From: Acidobacteriota bacterium
GTDB lineage: Bacteria; Acidobacteriota; Blastocatellia; Pyrinomonadales; Pyrinomonadaceae
NCBI GenBank assembly: GCA_003385635.1
Contig: QQUY01000002.1
Location: forward strand, 587,385 to 651,384
Direction: 5' to 3'
DNA length: 64,000 bases
Made by a program: the position numbers and the translations under genes. Of this stretch, positions 36,027 through 45,975 are shown piece after piece (within the stretch, counting starts at the first letter, position 1; each line of letters starts with the position of its first letter). The notes beneath the pieces are model-generated. The model did no database searches. It was not told the DNA's origin and saw nothing but the letters and a program-made list of their open reading frames with translations.

Positions 36027-36321
36027 ATATCGCCGAACAAAACGAAAATGATCGAGCCGCGAAGAAGCACAAAGCGGCTCGAAGCTCCCGAAAAGGGAAT
36101 CCCGCAGACGAAGCCGATCAGTGTGAAATGCGGCGCAGGATTTCCGACGTTCCCCTTTCTTTGTTGGCGTTTCTATCGAGGTTTGCCGCAGATCCACAGG
36201 CGGGAACTAACCGAAACAGACGCACAGAGTAATCACTCAGCCGTAAGAAAATTGACCTGTTCCGCCTTTTGATCCTAGCGGCATTCACACCAGCTGCCGG
36301 GACTGCGCCCTTACCACTAAA

Positions 36322-36379
36322 AAAACGTTCTCGATAAAGGATTTTGGGTATATAATCCCGCCACCTTTTGTCACCTGTT
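36322..36379 (+). promoter_or_regulatory. Conserved promoter-like block upstream of TonB-dependent receptor copy 1
   Basis: aaaacgttctcgataaaggattttgggtaTATAATcccgccaccttttgtcacctgtt. TATAAT at 36351-36356. The block is nearly identical at 41471-41528 although the flanking leader sequence has diverged. Confidence 0.45.
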
Positions 36380-36706
36380 AGCGGATTGGACGTAGTTCCT
36401 GACGCTAACCTGGCCTTCCGAATGGCGAGCTTCCTTGAGTCTTCATGGGAAAAAGCAGCCTCCGATCGCTCGATCGAGAACACGACAGGATGGCCATACC
36501 AACAACCGGACGACTGTTGGTCTATACCATTCACTTCAGGTGCCACCAACAGGAAATTGTTCGAAATGGCTAGTTTCAGGGAATTGAGCTTTGAACTGTA
36601 GCGCAACGTCGAGCGGACGATGCGTTAGGGTAAACATTTTTGTTTGTAGATGCCGAGCTGCTGGCAGTTAATAAATGTCAGCGCGCGATAAAGGAGGATT
36701 TACAAG

Positions 36707-39700
36707 ATGTACAGGCTTAATATGGTCATTCGATTTACCCGCGGTTGCCGCATTGCCGGTGCCAAGTATCTTTTTGGTCTCTTTGTGGTCCTGATTGTCC
36801 TTACCGGTTCATTAATTGCTCAGGACCTCGGTGGTCGGTTGGAGGGCACCGTCACGGATGCGACCGACGCCGTTCTTCCCGGGGCGATAGTATCTGCAAC
36901 TCACACGGCTACGAATACGAGGTACACGGCCACCACAACCGACAATGGACTTTTCGCATTTCCGAACGTAAGGCTCGGCAGGTACCAGGTGGCTGTCGAG
37001 GCTACCGGCTTCCGCCGTGCAGTTGTGAGCGATGTGATAGTCGAGGTCGGCAGGACCTCGTCCCTCAATATCAAGATGCAGATCGGAAGTCTGCAGGAAG
37101 AGGTGATCATCAATGCTTCGGAGGCTCAAGAGCTTGTAAACACAACTGACGCCGAGCTGAGCACGGTTGTCGACGAGCGCCAGGTGCTCGAGCTGCCGCT
37201 CAATGGTCGCAATGCATCGCACCTGGCATTGCTTCAGCCAGGCGTCTATTTTGAGCGAAGCCCGGATGGCCAGGGAAACAAGTTGTTCGTCCACGGCCAG
37301 AGACACCGTTCCCTGAACATCGCTCTTGACGGAATCGACACGCAGGACAATCTGAACCGCGCATCCTCGGTGATGCTCGACCAGCCTCTGCTTGCGCTCG
37401 CCGCCGAGAATGTTCAGGAGTTCAAAGTGATCACCGGCATCTCTTCCGCCGAGTACAGCCGCGGAGGAGCCCAGATCTCAGCCGTAACACGGTCGGGTTC
37501 GAACGATTTCAATGGTTCTCTCTTCTGGTTCCACAGGAACACTGCCTTCAACGCCAACGATTTCTTTAACAACGCGGCCGGTGTTGAAAGGCCGAAGCTG
37601 ATAAGAAACCAGTTCGGCGGACGCATCGGAGGGCCGATCTGGAAGGACAAGACGTTCTTCTTTATCGGTTACGAGCAACTGCGGGAATCAAGGGGCATTG
37701 CCGTCAATCGCGTCGTTTATACGGCCGAAGCCCGAATGGGGATCTTCCGGTATCTTGACGACCTGCTGACGACTCCCGAGAACGTGGCGGCAAATCCCGG
37801 ACTGATCCGTAGCGTTAACATACTTCAATGCGGGGCAGTGGTGATCGGCACTCTTGGCCGAGACTGCGTGGATGAGAGGTTTAATGCTGCCAACCCTTCG
37901 ACACCTGATCCGTTTATCACCGGAACCATGTTTCCGGCGATACCGCTGCCAAACAACTTTGACCTGGGGGACGGACTTAATACTGGCGGATTCAGGTTCA
38001 ACGCCGCGTCTTTGACCTACCAGCACCTTCCATCGTTCAGGATAGATCACAAGATCACTGAGGACCACGCGTTCTACGGCACCTTCAATTATGTCGACAG
38101 GGTGATCGATGGCGACTTTATCAACGACCGGGAGCCGAGATTTCCTGACTTGGGTCCTTTAGGCTCGAGGCTGACCTACTCCAGGGGCTGGGCTGCGGGA
38201 CTGACATCGACATTTTCGCCGACGACGATCAACGAGTTCAGGTTTGGTTATCTCGGCGGTGAGAACGCGTTCCGCAGGAATCAGCCTTTCGACACGCCTT
38301 CGTACACTATCGCGCTAAACACCGTAAGCGATCCTTATGAACCCGGAGGTGGCGATTCACTCCGCGATAATGTCACCGTTCACCTTCGGGATACGTTTAC
38401 ATGGGTACGCGGGAACCATCAGTTCAAGTTCGGTGCGGAATTCCGGCACAGATGGCTCGACAACAGGAGCTTCTTTGGGTTACCTGCCGACATCGATCTT
38501 GACGATAATGACTTTCCTCCGGACTGGAGTGAATCGGATCTCCGAGCGCTTTCAGGAGGTACGGACATCGAGTCGCCTGACTACGAAACTGTTCGCGACC
38601 TGATGAATAATCTAGTAGGAGCGATCAGCCAGGTCGGGATCCGTTACAACATCACGTCACTCGAATCCGGATTCGTTCCCGGCGCACCGGAACGCAGGAG
38701 ATACAGGGTCCGGGAGTTCGACTGGTTCGCTCAGGACGTATGGAATCTGAGGCCGAACCTCACGCTGAACCTCGGACTCCGCTGGGAGTTTGCCACCGTT
38801 CCGGTTGAAACCGGAGGCCTGCTTCTCGTTCCGGACGGCGGCGAGGATGCGGTGTTCGGGGTATCCGGTCAGGATGGATTCTTCAACCCGGGGGTCTTCA
38901 ACGGAACGCCGTGTTCGTTCATAGGAAGCCTTCCGGTCAACCCCACGACTGACAATGCGCTTGATCTCATAAACTCCTGTGCGGTCAAAAACGTCTTTGG
39001 CGGAGGAAACAACGGCAGGCCGCTTTGGGACAATGATTACGACAATTTTGGCCCTGTGATAGGAGTCGCCTGGGATCCGTGGGGCACTGGAAAGAACTCG
39101 GTCCGTGCCGGATTCCGAACAAGCTTCATGCAGGATCACTTCGCTATCATCGATACGAACGTCGATGACAATGAAGGCCTGGTGGTCGATCAGGACTGTA
39201 TTCCTGCCGATGGAACCTGTGTAAACAACACTCTGTTCCTTAGAAATCTGAACACGTCAAACCTTCCCATAGCTGCACCTCCGACGTTTCAGATTCCCGT
39301 AACCCGCTCGATTCTCGACAGTACGGTTCAGGACTTCAGGACCTTTGCGGAGGATCTCGAAACTCCTTACTACTACGAATGGATGATCGGATTTCAGCGA
39401 GAGGTGATCAAGGACCTGGCAGTTGAGGTTCGTTACGTCGGGAACAGGGGCGAAAAGCTTCGAAGGGTCGCTGACTTTAACGAGTACAACATCTTCGCCC
39501 AGGATCCGATGTCGGGTATGTCATTCCTCGATTCTTTCCTGATCGCACAGCAGAATCTCGCCTGCAACCGGTTGAACAACGACGAGAGGTTCGACACGCG
39601 CAATTACAGTTGCAGCATTGCCAACCCGCTGATGGACGCCCTGATCGGAGGTGATGTAGTCCGGCTCGCGAGGGACACCTCGGGACTGCTTGATGCCCTC

Positions 39701-40693
39701 GACTTTAATGCTCCGGGCGAGTTCCTCGACGAACTGTTGATCGACCGGACTTCAAGGCCGTCGTCGGGACAAGATCGTATCAATGGCGGCAGCTTCTGGG
39801 GTGCGGTCCTTTCGGGTCGTCTGCCGCTTAACTTCTTCTCGGCTAACCCGTTTATGGCAAGTTCGAGAAGACTGGCGAATGACGGTTACTCGAACTATCA
39901 CGCTCTGGAGATCGAAGTTCGGAAACGTTTTGCAGATGGTTTGACTTTTCAGGGGAACTACACCTATCAGCGAGCGACCTCCGATTACGATGGCGACGAC
40001 AACTCGTTGCTGAACGACTCCCGGCCAAGTTCGGTCAGGAATCCGGAGTACACCGAAGGCGAGTATGTGCCGAGGCATCTTTTCAATGCCAACTGGATCT
40101 ACGAGCTTCCGTTTGGAAAGGGCAGGCGGTTTGCCAAAGGTGCGAGCGGGATTCTTGACCACCTGATCGGCGGCTGGCAGTTCGGTGGAATCGTCAGCTG
40201 GCGTAGCGGCAGGCCCTTGTCCATCACTTCAGGTATCGGGACGTTTCACAGATCAGCGGTTTCCGGTTCAAACACTGTCAACCTGTCTTCTGACCTGAGT
40301 CCTGCTGAATTGCGGCGTCTTACGGGAATTAGGAACATTTCCGGAGGGATCTTCTGGCTCGACCCGTGTCTCTCCGTTAGAACCGGGGCTTCCTGCACCG
40401 ACTCGAATGCTGTTTCAGGACTGTTCACGCTGCCCAATCCGGGCGAACTGGGAGAATTGGAACAGACGCCTATTTTTGGCCCGAGGCGGTTCATGTTCGA
40501 TTTCAATCTGTCGAAGCGGTTCCCGATCAGGGAGACGATGGACGCCGAATTCCGTTGGGAAGTGTTCAATGCATTTAACAATGTGAACTTCTGCACGCCT
40601 TCGACGGATATTTTCAGTATCAGTTTTGGCCAGGTAACCTGCACGGTCACGAATCCGCGACTGATGCAGTTCGCGCTGAAGCTGAACTTCTGA
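36707..40693 (+). CDS. TonB-dependent outer-membrane receptor with N-terminal CarboxypepD_reg-like domain (copy 1)
   Basis: 1328 aa with a signal peptide. GRLEGTVTDATDAVLPGAIVSATHTATNTRYTATTTDNGLFAFPNVRLGRYQV is CarboxypepD_reg-like. Plug-like region. C-terminal beta-barrel ending in FALKLNF (terminal aromatic). Confidence 0.9.
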   Translation: MYRLNMVIRFTRGCRIAGAKYLFGLFVVLIVLTGSLIAQDLGGRLEGTVTDATDAVLPGAIVSATHTATNTRYTATTTDNGLFAFPNVRLGRYQVAVEATGFRRAVVSDVIVEVGRTSSLNIKMQIGSLQEEVIINASEAQELVNTTDAELSTVVDERQVLELPLNGRNASHLALLQPGVYFERSPDGQGNKLFVHGQRHRSLNIALDGIDTQDNLNRASSVMLDQPLLALAAENVQEFKVITGISSAEYSRGGAQISAVTRSGSNDFNGSLFWFHRNTAFNANDFFNNAAGVERPKLIRNQFGGRIGGPIWKDKTFFFIGYEQLRESRGIAVNRVVYTAEARMGIFRYLDDLLTTPENVAANPGLIRSVNILQCGAVVIGTLGRDCVDERFNAANPSTPDPFITGTMFPAIPLPNNFDLGDGLNTGGFRFNAASLTYQHLPSFRIDHKITEDHAFYGTFNYVDRVIDGDFINDREPRFPDLGPLGSRLTYSRGWAAGLTSTFSPTTINEFRFGYLGGENAFRRNQPFDTPSYTIALNTVSDPYEPGGGDSLRDNVTVHLRDTFTWVRGNHQFKFGAEFRHRWLDNRSFFGLPADIDLDDNDFPPDWSESDLRALSGGTDIESPDYETVRDLMNNLVGAISQVGIRYNITSLESGFVPGAPERRRYRVREFDWFAQDVWNLRPNLTLNLGLRWEFATVPVETGGLLLVPDGGEDAVFGVSGQDGFFNPGVFNGTPCSFIGSLPVNPTTDNALDLINSCAVKNVFGGGNNGRPLWDNDYDNFGPVIGVAWDPWGTGKNSVRAGFRTSFMQDHFAIIDTNVDDNEGLVVDQDCIPADGTCVNNTLFLRNLNTSNLPIAAPPTFQIPVTRSILDSTVQDFRTFAEDLETPYYYEWMIGFQREVIKDLAVEVRYVGNRGEKLRRVADFNEYNIFAQDPMSGMSFLDSFLIAQQNLACNRLNNDERFDTRNYSCSIANPLMDALIGGDVVRLARDTSGLLDALDFNAPGEFLDELLIDRTSRPSSGQDRINGGSFWGAVLSGRLPLNFFSANPFMASSRRLANDGYSNYHALEIEVRKRFADGLTFQGNYTYQRATSDYDGDDNSLLNDSRPSSVRNPEYTEGEYVPRHLFNANWIYELPFGKGRRFAKGASGILDHLIGGWQFGGIVSWRSGRPLSITSGIGTFHRSAVSGSNTVNLSSDLSPAELRRLTGIRNISGGIFWLDPCLSVRTGASCTDSNAVSGLFTLPNPGELGELEQTPIFGPRRFMFDFNLSKRFPIRETMDAEFRWEVFNAFNNVNFCTPSTDIFSISFGQVTCTVTNPRLMQFALKLNF

Positions 40694-40701
40694 TCGAGGC
40701 T

Positions 40702-40725
40702 GAGGCTGTCTGAGAACGCAGCCTC
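40702..40725 (+). terminator. Hairpin after receptor copy 1 (GAGGCTG tctgagaacg CAGCCTC), conserved-loop family
   Basis: 7-bp stem and 10-nt loop, 9 nt after the stop. Confidence 0.5.
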
Positions 40726-40761
40726 TTCAAAGTAAGTAAGTCCGAATCTGGCGGGTATGTA

Positions 40762-40797
40762 TCTACCTCTAGGTCGACCTAGAGGTAGACTTTTTCT
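40762..40797 (+). terminator. 28-nt perfect palindrome followed by a T-run (strong intrinsic-terminator candidate)
   Basis: TCTACCTCTAGG TCGA CCTAGAGGTAGA (40762-40789), then CTTTTTCTT. Confidence 0.6.
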
Positions 40798-41470
40798 TCC
40801 CCTGCCCCTGTTCTTCATCGCTTTCGCGATGCGTATTCCGGTCGAATGTGCCTCGGCTTGTTGTCAACTAGAAGACCTGGCAGTGCAACTGCAGATATCT
40901 ACTCAAGACTTTGCAGGATGTTAAAGCAGATCCGATCGATCGCTGGGAATCAGCCAAAAAAAGTACTTTCAGGCTTGTCGGTGCCGACCGAGCATCACGA
41001 AAAGCGGCGTTCCAAAAAACGCTGATCGCCGATCAATCCTGCCCTCGAAGCCAATTCACCCACATAGACGTCCCTAGTTGTGCCCCTTTTCGGCCGTAAT
41101 CTCTTAGCTTCTAAAATCACAATAACTGCATGAGAGGTGTCCTTTATGTATCTGGAAGTGATCGGGGTCTCTACGTCCCGTTTACAGCACCGAGAACAGA
41201 ATGAAGAGAAACAAACCACGGAAGAACCCGATGGAGTTCGGAGGCTTAAAAAGGGCTCATCACAAGATGGCCGGTCACGCCTTATATAAGGAGCAAGCAG
41301 GCCTGCCTTCCCGTTCTTTCTTCGTGCAGGTCTCGTTTTTCGTATCCGGAAATCAGCAGCGATTGATGTCCGGAGCAGTTACGAATCCTTAAGGAAATCT
41401 GATCGGACCTAGCCTTTATTCGCCTTCCAATTTGTACCGGCTCGGGCCGTTGCACTCTCTGACTTCCCCA

Positions 41471-41528
41471 AAAACGTTCTCAAATAAGGGTTTTGGGTAT
41501 ATAATCCCGACACACATTGTCACCTGTT
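41471..41528 (+). promoter_or_regulatory. Conserved promoter-like block upstream of TonB-dependent receptor copy 2
   Basis: aaaacgttctcaaataagggttttgggtaTATAATcccgacacacattgtcacctgtt. TATAAT at 41500-41505. Paralogous to 36322-36379. Confidence 0.45.
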
Positions 41529-41861
41529 GGTGTTCCGGGAGTCGATCTCACCACCGACTTGGTCCTATTCACGCCGAGTTTCCTTGGGATTTCGGGGAAG
41601 GAGGCGGTTTCCGAACGATCGAACAATCATCAGTAGGGCCAGCCCAACGAACGGACACTTCTCGGTCCACTCCAGCCTCTGCAGGCGTGACCGAAAGGAA
41701 AAAGATCCGGATGGCGATTCTTCAGGAATTGAGCTTTGAACTGTTTCGCACCGTCGAAGAGACGTTGTGTGAGGGCGGACAGGTTTGTTTGCTAATGCCG
41801 AGCTGCTGGCAGGTAGGTCAGGTCAGCCAGGTCACAACACTATAAAAGGAGGATTCACGAG

Positions 41862-44800
41862 ATGTATAGGCTTTATCAGGTCATTCAAGTAGCGCACGGC
41901 CATGTTTTTTCAAGAACGAAATACCTGTTTGGCCTATTTGCGGTGTTAATTGTCCTTTCTGGTTCAATACTTGCCCAGGACCTCGGGGGCCGTCTTGAAG
42001 GTACGGTTTCAGATGCGACCGATGCAGTACTTCCTGGAGCTACAGTCATTGCTACTCATATAGCAACAAACACCAGGTACACAGCGACGACTTCTCAGAA
42101 TGGTCGATTTGCACTTCCCAATGTTAGGCTCGGCCGGTACCAGGTTGCGGTCGAAGCGGCAAACTTCCGAAGAGCGGTGGTAAGCGACGTGATCGTCGAG
42201 GTCGGCAAGACCTCGTCCCTCAACATCAAGATGCAGATCGGAAGTCTGCAGGAAGAGGTGATCATCAATGCTTCGGAGGCTCAAGAGCTTGTAAACACAA
42301 CTGACGCCGAGTTGAGCACGGTGGTCGACGAGCGCCAGGTGCTCGAGCTGCCGCTCAATGGTCGCAATGCATCGCACCTGGCATTGCTTCAGCCCGGAGT
42401 CTATTTTGAGCGAAGCCCGGACGGCCAGGGAAACAAGTTGTTCGTCCACGGCCAGAGACACCGTTCCCTGAACATCGCTCTTGACGGAATCGACACACAG
42501 GACAATCTGAATCGCGCATCCTCGGTGATGCTCGACCAGCCTCTGCTTGCGCTCGCGGCTGAGAATGTTCAGGAGTTCAAAGTCATCACCGGCATCTCTT
42601 CCGCCGAGTACAGCCGCGGAGGAGCCCAGATATCAGCCGTAACACGGGCCGGATCGAACGACTTCAATGGTTCTCTCTTCTGGTTCCACAGGAACACTGC
42701 CTTCAACGCCAACGATTTCTTCAACAATGCGGCGGGTGTTGAAAGGCCGAAGCTGATAAGAAACCAGTTCGGCGGACGCATCGGTGGGCCGATCTGGAAG
42801 GACAAGACGTTCTTCTTTATCGGTTACGAGCAGCTTCGCGAATCAAGGGGCATTGCAGTTAATCGAACCGTTTATACGGCCGAAGCCCGAATGGGGATCT
42901 TCCGGTATCTTGATAACCTCCTTACGACCCCGGAAAATGTGGCGGCTAATCCGGGGTTGATCCGGACAGTAAATATCATGGAATGCGGAGCTGTGGTAAT
43001 TGGCACCCTAGGCCGCGACTGCGTCGATGAAAGGTTCAACGCCGCAAACCCTGCGACATTTGATCCGTTCATAACGGGCACGATGTTTCCGGCGATACCG
43101 CTGCCAAACAACTTTGACCTGGGTGACGGACTTAATACGGGCGGATTCAGGTTCAACGCCGCGTCTTTGACCTACCAGCACCTTCCCTCGTTCAGGATAG
43201 ATCACAAGATCACTGAGGACCACGCCTTTTACGGCACCTTTAATTATGTAGACAGGGTGATCGATGGCGACTTTATCAACAACCGTGAACCCAGATTTCC
43301 GGCGACGGGTCCGCTCGGTGCGAGACTAACTTACTCGCGCGGCTGGGCTGCGGGACTGACATCGACATTTTCGCCGACGACGATCAACGAGTTCAGGTTT
43401 GGTTATCTCGGCGGCGAGAACGCGTTCCGCCGGAAGCAGCCGTTCGACACGCCTTCGTACACTATCGCGCTGAACACCGTGACCGATCCGTATGAGCCTG
43501 GCGGTGGCGACTCGCTTCGTGACAACGTCACGCTGCACCTGCGAGACACATTTACCTGGGTCACCGGAAACCATCAGTTCAAATTTGGTGCGGAATTCCG
43601 GCACAGGTGGCTCGACAACAGGAGCTTCTTTGGGTTACCTGCCGACATAGATCTTGACGACAATGACTTTCCTCCCGACTGGAGTGAGTCCGATCTAAGG
43701 GCCCTATCTGGTGGCACAGATATCGAATCGCCGGATTACGAAAGGGTCCGGGACCTTATGAACAACCTTGTGGGTGCGATCAGCCAGGTCGGGATCCGTT
43801 ACAACATCACGTCCCTCGATTCCGGATTCGTGCCCGGTGCGCCGGAACGCAGAAGATACAGGGTCCGGGAGTTCGACTGGTTCGCTCAGGATGTTTGGAA
43901 CTTAAAGCCCAACCTGACGCTGAACCTCGGACTCCGCTGGGAGTTTGCCACCGTTCCGGTTGAAACGGGAGGCCTGCTTCTCGTTCCGGACGGAGGTGAG
44001 GACGCGGTCTTCGGAGTGTCGGGCGAGGATGGGTTCTTCAACCCGGGGGTCTTCAACGGAACGCCGTGTTCGTTCATAGGAAGCCTTCCGGTCAACCCCA
44101 CGACCGACAATGCGCTCGATCTCATAAACTCCTGTGCGGTCAGGAACGTATTCGGGGGCGCCAATAACGGCAAACCGCTTTGGGACAACGACTACGACAA
44201 CTTTGGTCCTGTGATAGGAGTCGCCTGGGATCCTTGGGGCAACGGTAAAAACTCGGTCCGTGCCGGATTCCGGACAAGCTTCATGCAGGATCACTTCGCT
44301 ATCATCGACACGAACGTCGATGACAATGAAGGCTTGGTGGTCAATCAGGACTGTGTACCTGCCGATGGAACCTGTGTAAACAACACTCTGTTCCTTAGAA
44401 ATCTGGACGCATCCAACCTTCCCATAGCAGCACCTCCGACGTTTCAGATTCCCGTAACCCGCTCGATTCTCGACAGTACGGTTCAGGACTTCAGAACCTT
44501 TGCGAAGGACCTGGAAACGCCGTACTACTACGAATGGATGGTCGGATTTCAGCGAGAGGTTATCAAGGACCTTGCGGTCGAAGTCCGTTACGTGGGTAAT
44601 CGCGGAGAGCAACTTCGTCGAGTTGCCGACTACAACGAATACAACATCTTCGCTCAGGACCCTGTGTCGGGAATGACGTTCCTGCAGTCTTTCCTTATAG
44701 CGCAGCAGAATCTTGCCTGCAATCGTATGAACGATGAGGACAGATTCGATGACCGAGGCAATTCCTGCAATATCGCCAATCCGTTGATGGACGTGCTGAT

Positions 44801-45848
44801 AGCTGGTGATGTTTCAAGGCTGGCGAGCGGAACTTCAGGTTTGCGGGATGCACTCGATTTCAACGCCCCAGGTGAATTCCTTGACGAACTGTTGATCGAC
44901 CGTACGTCGAGGCCTTCATCCGGTGAGTCGCGCATTCGGGGAGGAAGTTTCTGGGGTGCGGTCCTTTCGGGTCGTCTGCCGCTTAACTTCTTCTCGGCTA
45001 ACCCGTTTATGGCGAGTTCGAGAAGACTGACGAATGACGGTTACTCGAACTATCACGCTCTGGAGATCGAGGTCCGCAGGCGGTTCGCCGACGGATTCAC
45101 TCTGCAGGGAAACTATACCTACCAACGGGCGACGTCGGATTACGACGGCGACTCAAATTCTCTGTTGAACGATTCCCGGCCAAGTTCCGTCAGGAACCCC
45201 GGGTACACCGAAGGCGAGTATGTGCCGAGGCATCTCTTCAAGGCCAACTGGATCTACGAGCTTCCGTTTGGAAAGGGCAGGCGGTTTGCCAAAGGTGCAA
45301 GCGGGATTCTTGACCACCTGATCGGCGGCTGGCAGTTCGGTGGAATCGTCAACTGGCGTAGCGGCAGGCCCCTTTCCATCACTTCAGGTATCGGGACGTT
45401 CCACAGGTCTGCGATCTCTGGTTCAAACACCGTCAACCTGTCCGAGAATTTGAGCCCTTCGGAACTGCGCCGTCTAACCGGCATAAGGAACATTTCCGGA
45501 GGGATCTTCTGGCTCGACCCGTGTCTCTCCTCGCGAACGGGGGCGTCCTGCACCGACTCGAATGCTGTTTCAGGACTGTTCACGCTGCCCAATCCGGGCG
45601 AACTGGGAGAACTGGAACAGACGCCTATTTTTGGCCCGAGGCGGTTCGTTTTCGATTTCAATCTGTCGAAGCGGTTCCCGATCAGGGAGACGATGGACGC
45701 CGAATTCCGTTGGGAAGTGTTCAATGCATTTAACAATGTGAACCTCTGCACGCCTTCGACGGATATTTTCAGCATCAGCTTTGGTCAGGTGACCTGCACG
45801 GTCACCAATCCGCGACTGATGCAATTTGCTCTGAAGCTGAACTTCTAA
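41862..45848 (+). CDS. TonB-dependent outer-membrane receptor with N-terminal CarboxypepD_reg-like domain (copy 2)
   Basis: 1328 aa, colinear with copy 1 and the same length. Same RBS context AAAGGAGGATT. Ends in FALKLNF. Confidence 0.9.
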   Translation: MYRLYQVIQVAHGHVFSRTKYLFGLFAVLIVLSGSILAQDLGGRLEGTVSDATDAVLPGATVIATHIATNTRYTATTSQNGRFALPNVRLGRYQVAVEAANFRRAVVSDVIVEVGKTSSLNIKMQIGSLQEEVIINASEAQELVNTTDAELSTVVDERQVLELPLNGRNASHLALLQPGVYFERSPDGQGNKLFVHGQRHRSLNIALDGIDTQDNLNRASSVMLDQPLLALAAENVQEFKVITGISSAEYSRGGAQISAVTRAGSNDFNGSLFWFHRNTAFNANDFFNNAAGVERPKLIRNQFGGRIGGPIWKDKTFFFIGYEQLRESRGIAVNRTVYTAEARMGIFRYLDNLLTTPENVAANPGLIRTVNIMECGAVVIGTLGRDCVDERFNAANPATFDPFITGTMFPAIPLPNNFDLGDGLNTGGFRFNAASLTYQHLPSFRIDHKITEDHAFYGTFNYVDRVIDGDFINNREPRFPATGPLGARLTYSRGWAAGLTSTFSPTTINEFRFGYLGGENAFRRKQPFDTPSYTIALNTVTDPYEPGGGDSLRDNVTLHLRDTFTWVTGNHQFKFGAEFRHRWLDNRSFFGLPADIDLDDNDFPPDWSESDLRALSGGTDIESPDYERVRDLMNNLVGAISQVGIRYNITSLDSGFVPGAPERRRYRVREFDWFAQDVWNLKPNLTLNLGLRWEFATVPVETGGLLLVPDGGEDAVFGVSGEDGFFNPGVFNGTPCSFIGSLPVNPTTDNALDLINSCAVRNVFGGANNGKPLWDNDYDNFGPVIGVAWDPWGNGKNSVRAGFRTSFMQDHFAIIDTNVDDNEGLVVNQDCVPADGTCVNNTLFLRNLDASNLPIAAPPTFQIPVTRSILDSTVQDFRTFAKDLETPYYYEWMVGFQREVIKDLAVEVRYVGNRGEQLRRVADYNEYNIFAQDPVSGMTFLQSFLIAQQNLACNRMNDEDRFDDRGNSCNIANPLMDVLIAGDVSRLASGTSGLRDALDFNAPGEFLDELLIDRTSRPSSGESRIRGGSFWGAVLSGRLPLNFFSANPFMASSRRLTNDGYSNYHALEIEVRRRFADGFTLQGNYTYQRATSDYDGDSNSLLNDSRPSSVRNPGYTEGEYVPRHLFKANWIYELPFGKGRRFAKGASGILDHLIGGWQFGGIVNWRSGRPLSITSGIGTFHRSAISGSNTVNLSENLSPSELRRLTGIRNISGGIFWLDPCLSSRTGASCTDSNAVSGLFTLPNPGELGELEQTPIFGPRRFVFDFNLSKRFPIRETMDAEFRWEVFNAFNNVNLCTPSTDIFSISFGQVTCTVTNPRLMQFALKLNF

Positions 45849-45856
45849 AGGGACAA

Positions 45857-45882
45857 TGAGGCTGTTTGAAAAGGCAGCCTCA
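45857..45882 (+). terminator. Hairpin after receptor copy 2 (TGAGGCTG tttgaaaagg CAGCCTCA), conserved-loop family
   Basis: 8-bp stem and 10-nt loop, 9 nt after the stop. Confidence 0.5.
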
Positions 45883-45975
45883 TCGCCAAAGTAGATTATG
45901 ACGGGTAGCCTGGCCTCCGGAAATCGGACGGCCGGTTGCCCGTCGTTTTAGCACCGAGTCGCCTTTACGAATCGT

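Noticed and set aside
35402-36070. 222-aa ORF on the minus strand
   Set aside because: It is antisense to mnmE. The Ser-rich, low-complexity translation has no support.
36118-36606. 162-aa minus-strand ORF (plus the 36368-36601 and 41432-41845 plus-strand ORFs) in the receptor leaders
   Set aside because: The two leaders are paralogous, but the ORFs are not conserved between them in frame, length or strand. The conserved islands are short nucleotide blocks, which fits regulatory DNA or RNA rather than coding sequence.
36322-36706. Cobalamin or other known riboswitch upstream of the TonB-dependent receptors
   Set aside because: I could not find a B12 box or any other riboswitch core I know that is conserved in both leaders, and most of the leader is unalignable between the copies. 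An Rfam scan is still worthwhile.
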